Assembly: GCA_963817895.1 (NCBI GenBank)
Contig: CAWFQB010000005.1
Span: forward strand, 160,001-224,000
Reading direction: 5' to 3'
DNA from: an uncultured Chthonomonadaceae bacterium
Lineage (GTDB): Bacteria; Armatimonadota; Chthonomonadetes; Chthonomonadales; Chthonomonadaceae
Length of the DNA stretch: 64,000 bases
Below the pieces are notes generated by a model that worked only from the letters and a program-made list of their open reading frames with translations, did no database searches and had not been told where the DNA came from. Shown here piece after piece: positions 8,574-19,751 of the stretch (position 1 is its first letter; each line of letters starts with the position of its first letter). Both the position numbers and the translations under genes were made by a program.

Positions 8574-11500
8574 ATGAACCAGAAACAATTTTCCATTCGC
8601 AAAACAGGGCTTACCTGCCGCAAATGGCGGCTTGTCGCCGCTGCCACGCTCGCATTCAGCAGTTCTGCCGCTGTTGGCGAACGCGCAAAATTCCGAAGCG
8701 CCGTTTTTGCGCCGCGCCGATATTCATGGCGACCGCGTTGTGTTTACGTCCGAGGGCGATCTGTGGCTGGGTTCCGTTCAGGCGGGAACCGCGCAGCGTA
8801 TCACGTCGCATCCCGGCATCGAATCCCGCGCCCACTTCTCGCCGGACGGCAATATGCTGGCGTTTACCGCGCAGTATGACGGCGGAATCGACGTTTACGT
8901 GATGCCGCTGGTGGGCGGCGAACCCAAACGGCTGACGTATGATCCGAGCGGGGCGCAGGTCGTCGGCTGGACGCCGGACGGCAAATTCATTCTGTACCGC
9001 TCGCGCCGCAATTCGGGCGAACGCCGCAACCGTTTCTGGCACGTTCCGGTCGGCGGCGGGATGCCCACGCTGCTGCCGATTCCGCAGGTGGAACACGCCG
9101 GCGATTAACGCGGACGGGCATACCTACGCTTACGTCCCCATCAGCGCGGAGTGGCAGCACTGGTTCCGGTATCAGGGCGGCGAGGCGGACGACATCTGGC
9201 TTGCCGACACGAACGCGAAAACGTTCAAGAAACTGACGACCGATCCCGGCATTGACACCACGCCCGTTTGGGTGGGCGACGCGATTTATTTTGTATCGGA
9301 ACGCGACGGCTTTGCCAACCTGTACCGGCTGGACCCGAAAACCGGCAAAACCACGGAAGTGACGCATTACACAGATTACGGCATCGCGTATCCCTGCCTC
9401 GGACGGCAAGCGCGTCGTGTTTCAGCACGGTCACGGCCTCGCCCTGTTCGACCCGGCCACAGACAAAACGCAGGAACTGCATTTCGCGCTGAATTCCGAC
9501 CGCATCCATGCCCGCCCGCGCCGCGTTCCGCTTCAGCCCGCGATGAATATGGCCGCGATTGGCCCGACCGGGAAAGCGCGTTCTTGTGGAGGCGCGGGGG
9601 CAAGTCTGGAGCGTTCCGGTTGAAAACGGGGATGCCCGCCCCGTTGCGCTGTTGCCCGGAAGCCGTTCGCAGTATCCCGGCATGGTCACGCGACGGCAAG
9701 CAGATGGCGTTTGTGTCCGACCGTTCCGGCGAAGAGCAGATCTGGATTGCGCCCACAACCGGAACCGGGACAGGCGCGGCAATTGACGCGCTCGCATCAG
9801 GGGCCGCTCGGCCCGCTGCTCTGGTCGCCGGACGGCAAAACAATCGCCACCAGTGACCGCGAAATGCGCATTTTGCTGGCGGATACCACAACGGGCGAAA
9901 TGACGACTGGTAGATCAGGCGGACCGGGGCGGCTCGTATGACGCCACGGTGGACACGCCCGCTTTCAGCCCGGACGGGAAATGGCTGGCCTACGACAAAC
10001 CCGAACCGAACTGGAACAACGCCGTCTATCTGTACGACATCGCCAACCGCAAGAAGACGGCAATCACCACATCGGAAATGAGCAGCGGTTCGCCCACGTT
10101 CGACTCGTCCGGCAAATATCTGGTGTTCCTGTCCGACCGGCAGTTCGACCCGATCAGCGGCGGCGCAAGTCACTATTTCGCGTTCGGCAAAACGACCAAA
10201 GTGACGCTGATTCCGCTCGCCGCAGACACGCCCTCGCCGTTCCTGCTCAACAACGACGAGGAGGGGACGCCGGATACGTCGTCGGCTTCCCGTCCCGTCA
10301 TCCCGCGGCTGCGAACGCCTGCCGCCGCGCTCTCAACAGGAACAACAGCAGGCGCGACGGCAACGCGGCGGGCGCAGTCCCGCCCCGACTGTGGGCGCTT
10401 TGCCGACCGTGAAAGTGGATTTGAACGGCATTGCCACGCGGCTTGTGGATATTCCCCTGCCTGCCGACCGCTACGGCAAAGTGGAAGCGCTGGACGGGAA
10501 ACTGCTTCTGCTTGTCAGACGCCGACCCGGAAGGGCAGACCAACCCCACGCCTAACCAATTGATCGCGTTCGACCTGAAAAAGAAGCAAAGCGCGGTTCT
10601 GGTTCCGCATCTGTCGGATTTTCAGGTGTCGGCAGACCGCAAAAAACTGCTGCTGCAATCGGGCAAGTCGCTTGCCGTCGTGGACGCCTCAACCGGGCCG
10701 GTTGCGCCCGGAACCGGGAACGTGGACATGGCGGGCATCACGATGGCGGTTGACCCCGCGCAGGAGTGGAAGCAGATTTTCGACGAGTCGTGGCGCATTG
10801 CCCGCGATTTCTTCTATGACCCGAAACTGCACGGCGTGAACTGGCAGGCTGTGAAGGCAAAGTACGCGGCGCAATTGCCTGCCGTTGCGGATCGCAGCGA
10901 CCTGAACGGGATTTTGGGCGACATGATCGCCGAACTGAATACGGGCCATGCGTACGTGGGCGGCGGCGACATGGGCGAGGGAATCGCGCGTCCGCTTCCG
11001 ATGGGCTATCTGGGCGCGGACTTCGAGCCGGTCAAGGCGCAACGGCGCGAACGGCGAATGGCGCGGCAGCGAATGGCGCGAACGTGGACGCTTTCCGCAT
11101 CACGAAACTGTATCCCGGCGACGAGTTTGAACTGGACTTCGCGCTCGCCCCTCCTCACTCCCGGCGTAAACGTGAAAGTGGGAGATTACGTTCTTGCGAT
11201 TGCGGGGCAGCCGGTTCGCGCCGATCAGGACATTCAGGCGCTGCTTATCGGAACGCCGGGGCAAACCTTGACCTGACCGTCAACAGCAAGCCGACACTGG
11301 ACGGGGCGCGGGAGATTCGCGTGAAGCCGATGGCAAGCGAGGCGAAAGCGCGGTACTACGATTGGGTGGACAGCCGCCGCGAATACGTCCGTTCGCATGG
11401 CGGCGAAAATTTGGGCTACGTCCATATTCCCGATATGGTGAACGGCGGCCTGACCGAGTTCACCAAGCACTACTACGCCAATCTGTCCAAAGACGGCATG

Positions 11501-12055
11501 ATCTACGACGTGCGCAACAATGGCGGCGGCTACATTTCGGCCCTGCTGCTGCTGCAAATGTCCTCAAAGCCGCTCACCTATTTCAAGCCGCGCTACGGAG
11601 CTTCGTGGACGCGGCAGAACTGGGCGTTTTCCGGTTACAGCGTCGCGCTGTGCAACGAAAACAGCGGCTCCAACGCGGAAGAGTTCTGCGATGCCTTTCA
11701 GCGGCTCAAACTCGGTCCGGTCATCGGCGCTCGGACATGGGGCGGCGAAGTGGGTTCGGGCGGTGGCTATCCGCTCATAGACGGCGGCAGGCTGTCCATT
11801 CCCAATTACGGCGAATGGGCGCCGGACGGCAAGGGAACGTGGCTCATCGAGGGAACGGGCGCGCAGCCCGATATTGAGGTTGCCAACGATCCGGCCAGCC
11901 TGCTGGCCGGACGCGACCCGCAGCTGGACCGGGCCATTGCCACGCTGAAAGCCGACATCGCCAAACATCCGGTATTACGCCCCACCCCGCCCGACTTTCC
12001 GGACAAAGCCTATCGTCCCGGACGCGCCATCCGCCGCGAAACCACCCAACGCTAA
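8574..12055 (+). CDS. Tricorn-type S41 peptidase (PD40 beta-propellers, PDZ, S41 domain), split by many frameshifts
   Basis: Successive ORF pieces give FTSEGDLW, FSPDG repeats, WFRYQGGEADDIW, EWKQIFDESWR, ELNTGHAY, GYVHIPDM, DVRNNGGG, NSGSNAE, IEGTGAQPDIEV, DPQLDRAI. Confidence 0.88.
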
Positions 12056-12116
12056 CATGTTTTCAGCCCTGCGCGAATACATTCGCGCAGGACTGAATTC
12101 TTCCGGCAAGACCTTC

Positions 12117-12542
12117 TCAGACAGACCAGTCTTTGAATTGGAGGTTGAGAACGCGGGCAAAGTCTCGCGTGTTTCTCGTAATGCCCATTGCGTCGTTGGC
12201 AAGAGCAATTGCGGCAATTTTCAAATCCATTGTGCCAACACGGATGCCTTCATTACGCAGACGCTTGAATTCCGCTACAGCCTTTGTATCGAATTCGACA
12301 ACGGCGATACGACAGTAGTTATTGAGTACGCGCTTGAGTTCAGCGTAGTCGTTCATCTGCTTTTCCGGCTGCGTACTCGTGGCAAGCCGCGCCATCCAGC
12401 CGCGTATCTGCTCCTCGTAACTGATAATGGTTGTCGCCACATCATCCGGCGCGACGGCACGGAGGTGGCTGCGTATCTTCACGCCTTCCGCCCCGCCGCG
12501 TTCCAGCAAACTCATGTGGTCGCTGTCAAGCAGATACATCAA
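12117..12542 (-). CDS. vapC: VapC-family PIN-domain toxin
   Basis: YLLDSDH, TTIISYEEQ, GTMDLKIAAIAL, TRNTRDF. Confidence 0.92.
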   Translation of the reverse strand: MMYLLDSDHMSLLERGGAEGVKIRSHLRAVAPDDVATTIISYEEQIRGWMARLATSTQPEKQMNDYAELKRVLNNYCRIAVVEFDTKAVAEFKRLRNEGIRVGTMDLKIAAIALANDAMGITRNTRDFARVLNLQFKDWSV

Positions 12543-12757
12543 CGGATTTCCTCATCGTCTTTAGGGCGCAGCGATTCGCGGTATTCACGTCCTAAACGTG
12601 TGGCTTCTTCATGCGCTTCGCTGTTGGCGAAGGTTCCGAATATCTGTTCCCACCACGGGAGAGGGGTAGACGGCGTTTCGGTTTGCAGTTGCTGTTTGAG
12701 TTGAGCGAGTTCCTGCTCTACTGCCGTAACGCGCTGTTCTAATGTTTCTGCTGCCAT
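12539..12757 (-). CDS. Probable antitoxin of the VapC toxin
   Basis: 72 aa; overlaps the toxin start; LEQRVTAVEQELAQLK...PWWEQIFGTF pattern. Confidence 0.75.
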   Translation of the reverse strand: MAAETLEQRVTAVEQELAQLKQQLQTETPSTPLPWWEQIFGTFANSEAHEEATRLGREYRESLRPKDDEEIR

Positions 12758-12985
12758 ACGTAAATTGCTCCTCTCCTAAATTGATTCGTTTATAAAGTTC
12801 CAGCCCCTGCTTTGATTTTTGTTAATGTCTGACTCTGTAATCAGAATGTTCATGCCACCACCTGCGCAATTATACTCCATTGTTCAGAACTCGACAAGAG
12901 GCGCAATCAACAAATCGGAGGAGTAGAGCGTCATACGCCGCGAAACGGCGCAGCGGTAATACGGCATCACGCCTGTGCCACTTGC

Positions 12986-13483
12986 TCACTGGTTCGTAGC
13001 AAGCAACGCCTTGCGGTAAACGATTTTATCTTCGCCCGCTTTATAGAATTCGCGGATGCGGGCTTCCTCGTCGTAACCGGCTTTGCGGTAGAACGCCCGT
13101 ACGCGCTCGAAACTGTCCGCGCCCGATGTTTCCACCAGAAGTATACGCCCGCCGCGTTGCGTCAAGGTCTGTTCAACGTAGCGCAAGATTGTCGTGCCGC
13201 GTCCCTGTCCCTGATGGTCGGGATGGACGGCAATCATTTGCAGGTTCCATGTCCCCTCGGTCATCGGTTCCGGCGCGCAGTAGGCGACGCCCACCGGCCC
13301 CGCGTTACCGGCGTCATCGGTAATCCAGAAGTGTTCGCTATCCCTGTCGCCGCTGCTGTTGCCGCCGAAGTAGTCAGCCAGCATTGCGCCAACCTCCTCA
13401 AGTTGATCCGGCTGGAACAGGCCGCTCGCGTCGGCTATGGCGATAAGCGCGGTTATATCATCAGATGTTGCCGGTCGAATCAT
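12986..13483 (-). CDS. GNAT-family N-acetyltransferase
   Basis: IAVHPDHQGQGRG acetyl-CoA motif; RAFYRKAGY. Confidence 0.9.
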   Translation of the reverse strand: MIRPATSDDITALIAIADASGLFQPDQLEEVGAMLADYFGGNSSGDRDSEHFWITDDAGNAGPVGVAYCAPEPMTEGTWNLQMIAVHPDHQGQGRGTTILRYVEQTLTQRGGRILLVETSGADSFERVRAFYRKAGYDEEARIREFYKAGEDKIVYRKALLATNQ

Positions 13484-13730
13484 AGTGCACTCCGGTATCC
13501 TTTCAGTATATGTTTTTGCTGTTGCGCGCCTCTCATTCTAACATACGGCTTCCGAGCGGTCAAGACGGCAGTTACGGAAAGCGAAGGAAACCGCGCCCGG
13601 TTTGGCAAACGCGGGATAGGTTCCGCCCGTAGAACAGAGTATCTGAACAGAGTATTGGGATCAGGGGCGACGAGACTCCGGCGCGTTTGCGCTTCAACAT
13701 TCATCACCTTGCGGAACGGAAGTAGATAGT

Positions 13731-14912
13731 ATGAAAACACACGATGTTGTGATTGTGGGGGCGGCGCGGACGGCGATTGGACGCGCGCCCAAAGGCACAC
13801 TGCGAACTACGCGCCCGGACGATCTGGCGGCCATTGCCATTCGCGCCGCGCTGGAACGGACGCAGGGCATCACGCCCGAACAGGTAGAGGATGTGATTTT
13901 AGGCTGCGCGACCCCCGAAGCGGAACAGGGCTTGAATGTTGCCCGCGTGGCTGCCTTACGCGCCGGATTGCCCAAAAGCGTTTCGGGAGTGACCCTCAAC
14001 CGTTTTTGCGCGTCCGGGTTGGAAGCCATCGCGACGGCTGCGGCGAAGATCGCGACAGGGCAAGCCGAAATCATCATCGCGGGCGGCACGGAAAGCATGA
14101 GTCTGGTTCCTTTTATGGGAGAATCCACGCGCCCCAATCCTTATCTTATGGAAAATGAGCCGGATACCTACATCAGCATGGGCCTGTCCGTAGAAGGCAT
14201 TGCCCGCGAATTCAAGATCAGTCGCGACGCTTCCGACCTGCTTTCCCTGCAAAGCCATCAGAAGGCGTTGGCGGCGCAGGATGCGGGCAGGTTTGATGCG
14301 GAAATCGCGCCGGTCAGCGTCAGGATGCAGGCGGAAAACGGGAACAGCGACGAAATTAGCGAGATCGTTTTTGATAAAGATGAGGGACCGCGCCGGGAAA
14401 CGTCACCGGAAGCGCTGGCGAAACTGAAGCCCGCGTTTCTGCCCGAAGGCGTGATTACTGCCGGCAACGCTTCGCAGCGCAGCGATGGCGCGGCGGCCGT
14501 TGTCCTGACCACTGCGGAAAAAGCGGAAGAATTGGGATTGAAGCCACTGGCGCGTTTTGTCGGGTACGCGATTGCCGCAGTGGAACCGGAGCAATTCGGA
14601 CTCGCGCCCGCATACGCCGTGCCTAAACTGCTCAAACAGACCGGCATCCGTCTGGAAGACATTGACCTGATCGAGTTCAACGAAGCCTTTGCCGCGCAAT
14701 TGCTGGCGTCGCAGCAGATATTCCCGCTACCCTTGGAGCGCGTCAACGTCAACGGCGGCGCAATCGCCCTCGGACATCCGCTTGGCGCAACCAGCGCGCG
14801 CCAAACCGTGACCCTGCTGTACGAGGGCAAACGCCGCAAAGCCAAATACGGCATGGTGACAATGTGCGCCGCCCTCGGCATGGGCGCGGCAGGCTTGTTT
14901 GAACTGCTCTGA
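13731..14912 (+). CDS. Thiolase (acetyl-CoA C-acyltransferase, FadA-like)
   Basis: NRFCASG, NEAFAAQ, NVNGGAIALGHPLGAT, C-terminal MC. Confidence 0.93.
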   Translation: MKTHDVVIVGAARTAIGRAPKGTLRTTRPDDLAAIAIRAALERTQGITPEQVEDVILGCATPEAEQGLNVARVAALRAGLPKSVSGVTLNRFCASGLEAIATAAAKIATGQAEIIIAGGTESMSLVPFMGESTRPNPYLMENEPDTYISMGLSVEGIAREFKISRDASDLLSLQSHQKALAAQDAGRFDAEIAPVSVRMQAENGNSDEISEIVFDKDEGPRRETSPEALAKLKPAFLPEGVITAGNASQRSDGAAAVVLTTAEKAEELGLKPLARFVGYAIAAVEPEQFGLAPAYAVPKLLKQTGIRLEDIDLIEFNEAFAAQLLASQQIFPLPLERVNVNGGAIALGHPLGATSARQTVTLLYEGKRRKAKYGMVTMCAALGMGAAGLFELL

Positions 14913-14926
14913 AAGGAACCGTAACA

Positions 14927-15160
14927 ATGGCGACAGAACCATTCGACTTTGCATCGCGCTATCCCCATATTGCCGACTGGATTGGAACGGAAGGCGAGGT
15001 TGAAATAGGCTACGATTTCAATACGGATTCCTGCGTTCGCGCTCTGGATGAGGGCGGCATGGTGTGGGCGGGCGGGCAACGGAACGGTTCGCTCGAAGAC
15101 TGGCTGCAGGCGCTGGACGGGGGGCTTGCAGACTTTATGGAGGCGGAGGGGATAGGTTAA
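14927..15160 (+). CDS. Small acidic hypothetical protein
   Basis: AGGA RBS; directly downstream of the thiolase; EIG...RALDEGGMVW pattern. Confidence 0.65.
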   Translation: MATEPFDFASRYPHIADWIGTEGEVEIGYDFNTDSCVRALDEGGMVWAGGQRNGSLEDWLQALDGGLADFMEAEGIG

Positions 15161-15308
15161 GCAATGCGATTCCCGCAAAATTTGCCAGTGAGAACTCTCC
15201 CAACTACCATCCGCTCAAAGATTATGTGCTCTGGTTCGCGAATCGCTAATTGTGGCGGGCTGCTTTCCTGTATTATACAGGCATGTCATTGAGTACCTAA
15301 ACGTGTAT

Positions 15309-16898
15309 TCAGTCATGGTTTCTTCGCCATTTTGTTTGCAGCAAGGCACAGCCGCATAACCCGATGGATATGAGCAGGCATAGTTGTCCGAAGCGCCAGC
15401 CGCCTCGCGTAAAAACGGTTTTCTCCTGATTGCGTCCTATCGTCACGTCCAGCCGCGCCGAGTCGGTTGTGTTTACGCGCGCCACTTCCTGACCGTTGGG
15501 CGCGGCTGCCGAGGTTCCGCCCGCCACATCCGCCCGCGCCAGCCATTTTCCGCACTCCGCCGCCCGCATCTGGAACATCAAACGGTGCTGCGCCTGCTGG
15601 GTTGGCCCCCATTCCGGCGGGTCGTCGTTGGGAATCAGAAACGCCTCCGCTCCATCTGCCGCCAATCGCCGCGCCACATCCGGGTAATCCATATCAAAGC
15701 AGATGCCGACGCCGAGCCTGCCTAACGTTGTGGAAATGGCGGAAGCGTCCGTTCCCGCAACGCCGTCGCGAATGAAATGGACGGGGTGATTCTTGACGTG
15801 CTGCCCCACTCTCCTGCCAGTCGGATCGAGCAGAAAGGCGGTATTGCGGTAATGGTTCTGGTCCTCGCGGTCGAACTGGTCTTTCGCGCCGAACAGCAGA
15901 AACGCGGATTGTTCCTGCGCCACGCGCTGCAACTGCTTCCACAGTTTGGGTTCCAGAGTGGGGTCGCGGACGAAACTGTATTCCGGCCAGACGATCACGT
16001 CCGGTTTTGCAACGGATTGCGACGTATCATAACGCGACAGGCTGTAAAAATGGTCTTCATCTTCCGAATTGGCCTGTACCAGTCGAACGTGAAGGGGACG
16101 CTCCGGTATGGCAGGCGGAGCGGAAAAGCAGAACAGTAGCAGCCATCCGCAATACAAGAAGGCCGGAGGCCCGAACCTCACCCCAACCCCTCTCCTTGAC
16201 GCTCGTTCCTCGCCAAGAGAGGGGCTATTTTGTTGTTCAACCCCTCCCCTGAACGCTATGGCGTCACCAAAAGAGGGGCTTTTTATGGTAAATACGTTTG
16301 CCAGCAACGCGCCGAACAGAACGATGCCGAACGTCAGGCCGTAGCAGCCGAACCACGACGCGCAGGCCGCCAGCAGGGGCGTATTGACCACGCCGTAGCC
16401 TAGTCCCATCCAGCCGAAATTCAGCCCGAACAGTTCGGAACGGTAATACTCGATGCCCGTCCACAGCAGGGGCGCGAGCAGCCAAACAGGAAATCGGGGC
16501 AAACGTTCGCGCAGCCAGACATATACAACGGTGAAAAGGGTGGGGAATACGGCAAGCAGGGCGCACAAACTGACGACCGCCATGCCGAACAACCGGGAAA
16601 ACCAGTACAGCCCCCCGCAAAAGCTGACCAGCCCGAAGGTGAAACCAAGATAAAAAGCCTGCCGCCGCGTCACGCCCCGTAGTAACCAGAGAAAAATCGC
16701 CATGCAGAGAGGCAGGCAAACCGACATGCCAATGGGAGGAAAACAGGCCGCCAACCCCGCGCCCGCGCCTGCGGCAAACAACACCTTCCAGCCGAACGGC
16801 AGGGCAGCAGGCAATCCCAATGAAGCAGGCGAAGAACTTATTCTTGCTTCTGCCGCATTTCCCTGCCGACGCGCCTGTTTGTTTCCAGCCAGAGCCAT
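15309..16898 (-). CDS. lnt: Apolipoprotein N-acyltransferase-like protein (membrane domain + nitrilase fold)
   Basis: Multiple TM helices; EYYRS..FGWMGLGY; VWPEY, K and ICFD catalytic-triad positions. Confidence 0.78.
   Translation of the reverse strand: MALAGNKQARRQGNAAEARISSSPASLGLPAALPFGWKVLFAAGAGAGLAACFPPIGMSVCLPLCMAIFLWLLRGVTRRQAFYLGFTFGLVSFCGGLYWFSRLFGMAVVSLCALLAVFPTLFTVVYVWLRERLPRFPVWLLAPLLWTGIEYYRSELFGLNFGWMGLGYGVVNTPLLAACASWFGCYGLTFGIVLFGALLANVFTIKSPSFGDAIAFRGGVEQQNSPSLGEERASRRGVGVRFGPPAFLYCGWLLLFCFSAPPAIPERPLHVRLVQANSEDEDHFYSLSRYDTSQSVAKPDVIVWPEYSFVRDPTLEPKLWKQLQRVAQEQSAFLLFGAKDQFDREDQNHYRNTAFLLDPTGRRVGQHVKNHPVHFIRDGVAGTDASAISTTLGRLGVGICFDMDYPDVARRLAADGAEAFLIPNDDPPEWGPTQQAQHRLMFQMRAAECGKWLARADVAGGTSAAAPNGQEVARVNTTDSARLDVTIGRNQEKTVFTRGGWRFGQLCLLISIGLCGCALLQTKWRRNHD
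16175..16284. repeat. Two palindromic CCCCTCTCC...GGAGAGGGG elements inside lnt
   Basis: acctcaccccaacccctctcc...agagaggggct matches the reverse complement of the intergenic copy at 36826-36879. Confidence 0.8.
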
Positions 16899-17033
16899 AT
16901 TCCCTTACCTTATAAGTCCGCGAAATCAAGCGAGTTTCTCTATAAAGAAGACGTTGCCGTCTCTTCATTATACACGCTATTTGATAATTCAACTCTAAGA
17001 ACTCCGTTCGAATTAGAGCATGAAAACAAGTGG

Positions 17034-17083
17034 CTCCCCTTCTCCCAGGCTTTTTTGGGAGAAGGGGTTGGGGGTTGAGGGCT
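17034..17083. repeat. Palindromic element (ccccttctccca...tgggagaagggg-ttgggggttgagggc)
   Basis: Near-identical inverted copy at 44991-45038; could act as a terminator after pseC. Confidence 0.85.
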
Positions 17084-17098
17084 ATTTCGCAATAAGGG

Positions 17099-18283
17099 TT
17101 AAAGGCTCAGGCGGCGAGGGCGGGGGCAAAGGCGGCGGACAGTTCGCAGGCGACGCGCTGCACAGCTCGCAATGACGATTTCTGCCTGTTCATCCGTCAG
17201 GGCGGGGTAGAGGGGGATGGAGATGGCTTCGCGGTAGTAGGTTTCCGCGTTGGGGCAGGTGTTCTGCGGATAGCCGAGCGTGTCGCGATAATAAGGCTGG
17301 CGGTACACGGGGATATAGTGTACATTGACGCCCAATCCGGCTTCGCGCAATCGCTCGAACGCCCACTGTCGCGCTTCCACACTCGCGCCAACAAAGCGAA
17401 CTACATAGAGATGATACGCGGACGCATGACCGGGGCGTTGCGCAAGGGGGCGCAGATTGGGGATGGCAGCAAAAGCGGCATCGTAACGCGCGGCGACTTC
17501 GCGGCGGCGGGCAATGAAGGCGGGTAGTTTCTTCAACTGGCTTTGCCCCAACGCGCAATTGATGTCGCTCATGCGATAGTTAAAACCCAATTCCTGCATC
17601 TCATAGTACCAGCCGCCCTCGTTGTCCAGCAGTCTTTGCGGATCGCGGGTGATGCCGTGCGAACGGAGCAGGCGCAGTTTTTCGTCTAGCAGGGGGCTGT
17701 TTGTCGTAACGACTCCGCCCTCACCCGTCGCGATGGCTTTCACGGCATGGGTGCTGAACACGGTCATGTCGCTGTAACGGCAATCGCCAACCGTTCCGTG
17801 TGGGGTTGTCGCGCCCAATGCGTGGCAGGCATCCTCAATAATCGTCAGGCCATGCGCCTGCGCCAGTGAATACAGGGCGGGCATGTCACAGGCATGTCCG
17901 GCGAAGTGGACGGGGAGCAGGGCGCGGGTTCGGGGCGTAATGCAAAGCGCGGCCTGCGCGGGGGCAAGGTTAACGGTATCCGGGCTGACATCGGCGAAAA
18001 CGGGACGGCTGCCGACATACAAAGCGGCGTTTGCCGTCGCCGCAAACGTAATCGGCGTGGTGACGCACTCCGTTCCCGGCCCGATTTCAGCGGCAAGGCA
18101 GGCCAGATGCAGCCCCGCCGTGCCGTTCGCAACCGCAACCGCGTACCGCGCCCCGGCCGCAGCCGCAAACGCCTGCTCGAAAGCGTCCACGCGCGGCCCC
18201 GTCGTAAGCCAGTCGGAGCGCAGCGCGTCCGTCACGGCCTGTATATCGTCGTCGTCTATAAATTGGCGGCTGTAAGGGATCAT
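17099..18283 (-). CDS. pseC: UDP-4-amino-4,6-dideoxy-N-acetyl-beta-L-altrosamine transaminase (DegT/DnrJ family)
   Basis: MIPYSRQFIDDDDI, SDWLTTGP, EDACHALG, FSTHAVKAIATGEGG, WYYEMQELGFNYR; adjacent to pseB. Confidence 0.9.
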   Translation of the reverse strand: MIPYSRQFIDDDDIQAVTDALRSDWLTTGPRVDAFEQAFAAAAGARYAVAVANGTAGLHLACLAAEIGPGTECVTTPITFAATANAALYVGSRPVFADVSPDTVNLAPAQAALCITPRTRALLPVHFAGHACDMPALYSLAQAHGLTIIEDACHALGATTPHGTVGDCRYSDMTVFSTHAVKAIATGEGGVVTTNSPLLDEKLRLLRSHGITRDPQRLLDNEGGWYYEMQELGFNYRMSDINCALGQSQLKKLPAFIARRREVAARYDAAFAAIPNLRPLAQRPGHASAYHLYVVRFVGASVEARQWAFERLREAGLGVNVHYIPVYRQPYYRDTLGYPQNTCPNAETYYREAISIPLYPALTDEQAEIVIASCAARRLRTVRRLCPRPRRLSL

Positions 18284-18289
18284 GGTGGT

Positions 18290-18368
18290 TGGTGTTCGGT
18301 GTTCGGTGTTCGGGAGATGCAAACGCGCCGAAGTTTATTTTAGCGCAGCAAAGCCGAATACCGAACAC

Positions 18369-18370
<2 letters not shown>
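18290..18370. repeat. Inverted pair of (GGTGTTC)n heptamer arms between pseB and pseC
   Basis: ggtgttcggtgttcggtgttcgg ... ccgaataccgaacacc. Confidence 0.85.
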
Positions 18371-19634
<1,264 letters not shown>

Positions 19635-19751
19635 TTACAGCCCAAAACACTGATAATGATGATTAAGCGCGCCGCTGCGCTGTGCCGAACCCCATTCCTC
19701 GATGGATGGGCGGGTTCCGCAGGGCAAGCGGTTTTGTAAGGAGTTCGCGAA

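Noticed and set aside
12776..12853. 25-aa minus-strand ORF upstream of the antitoxin as a third TA component
   Set aside because: Too short, no recognisable motif, and no supporting evidence from sequence alone.
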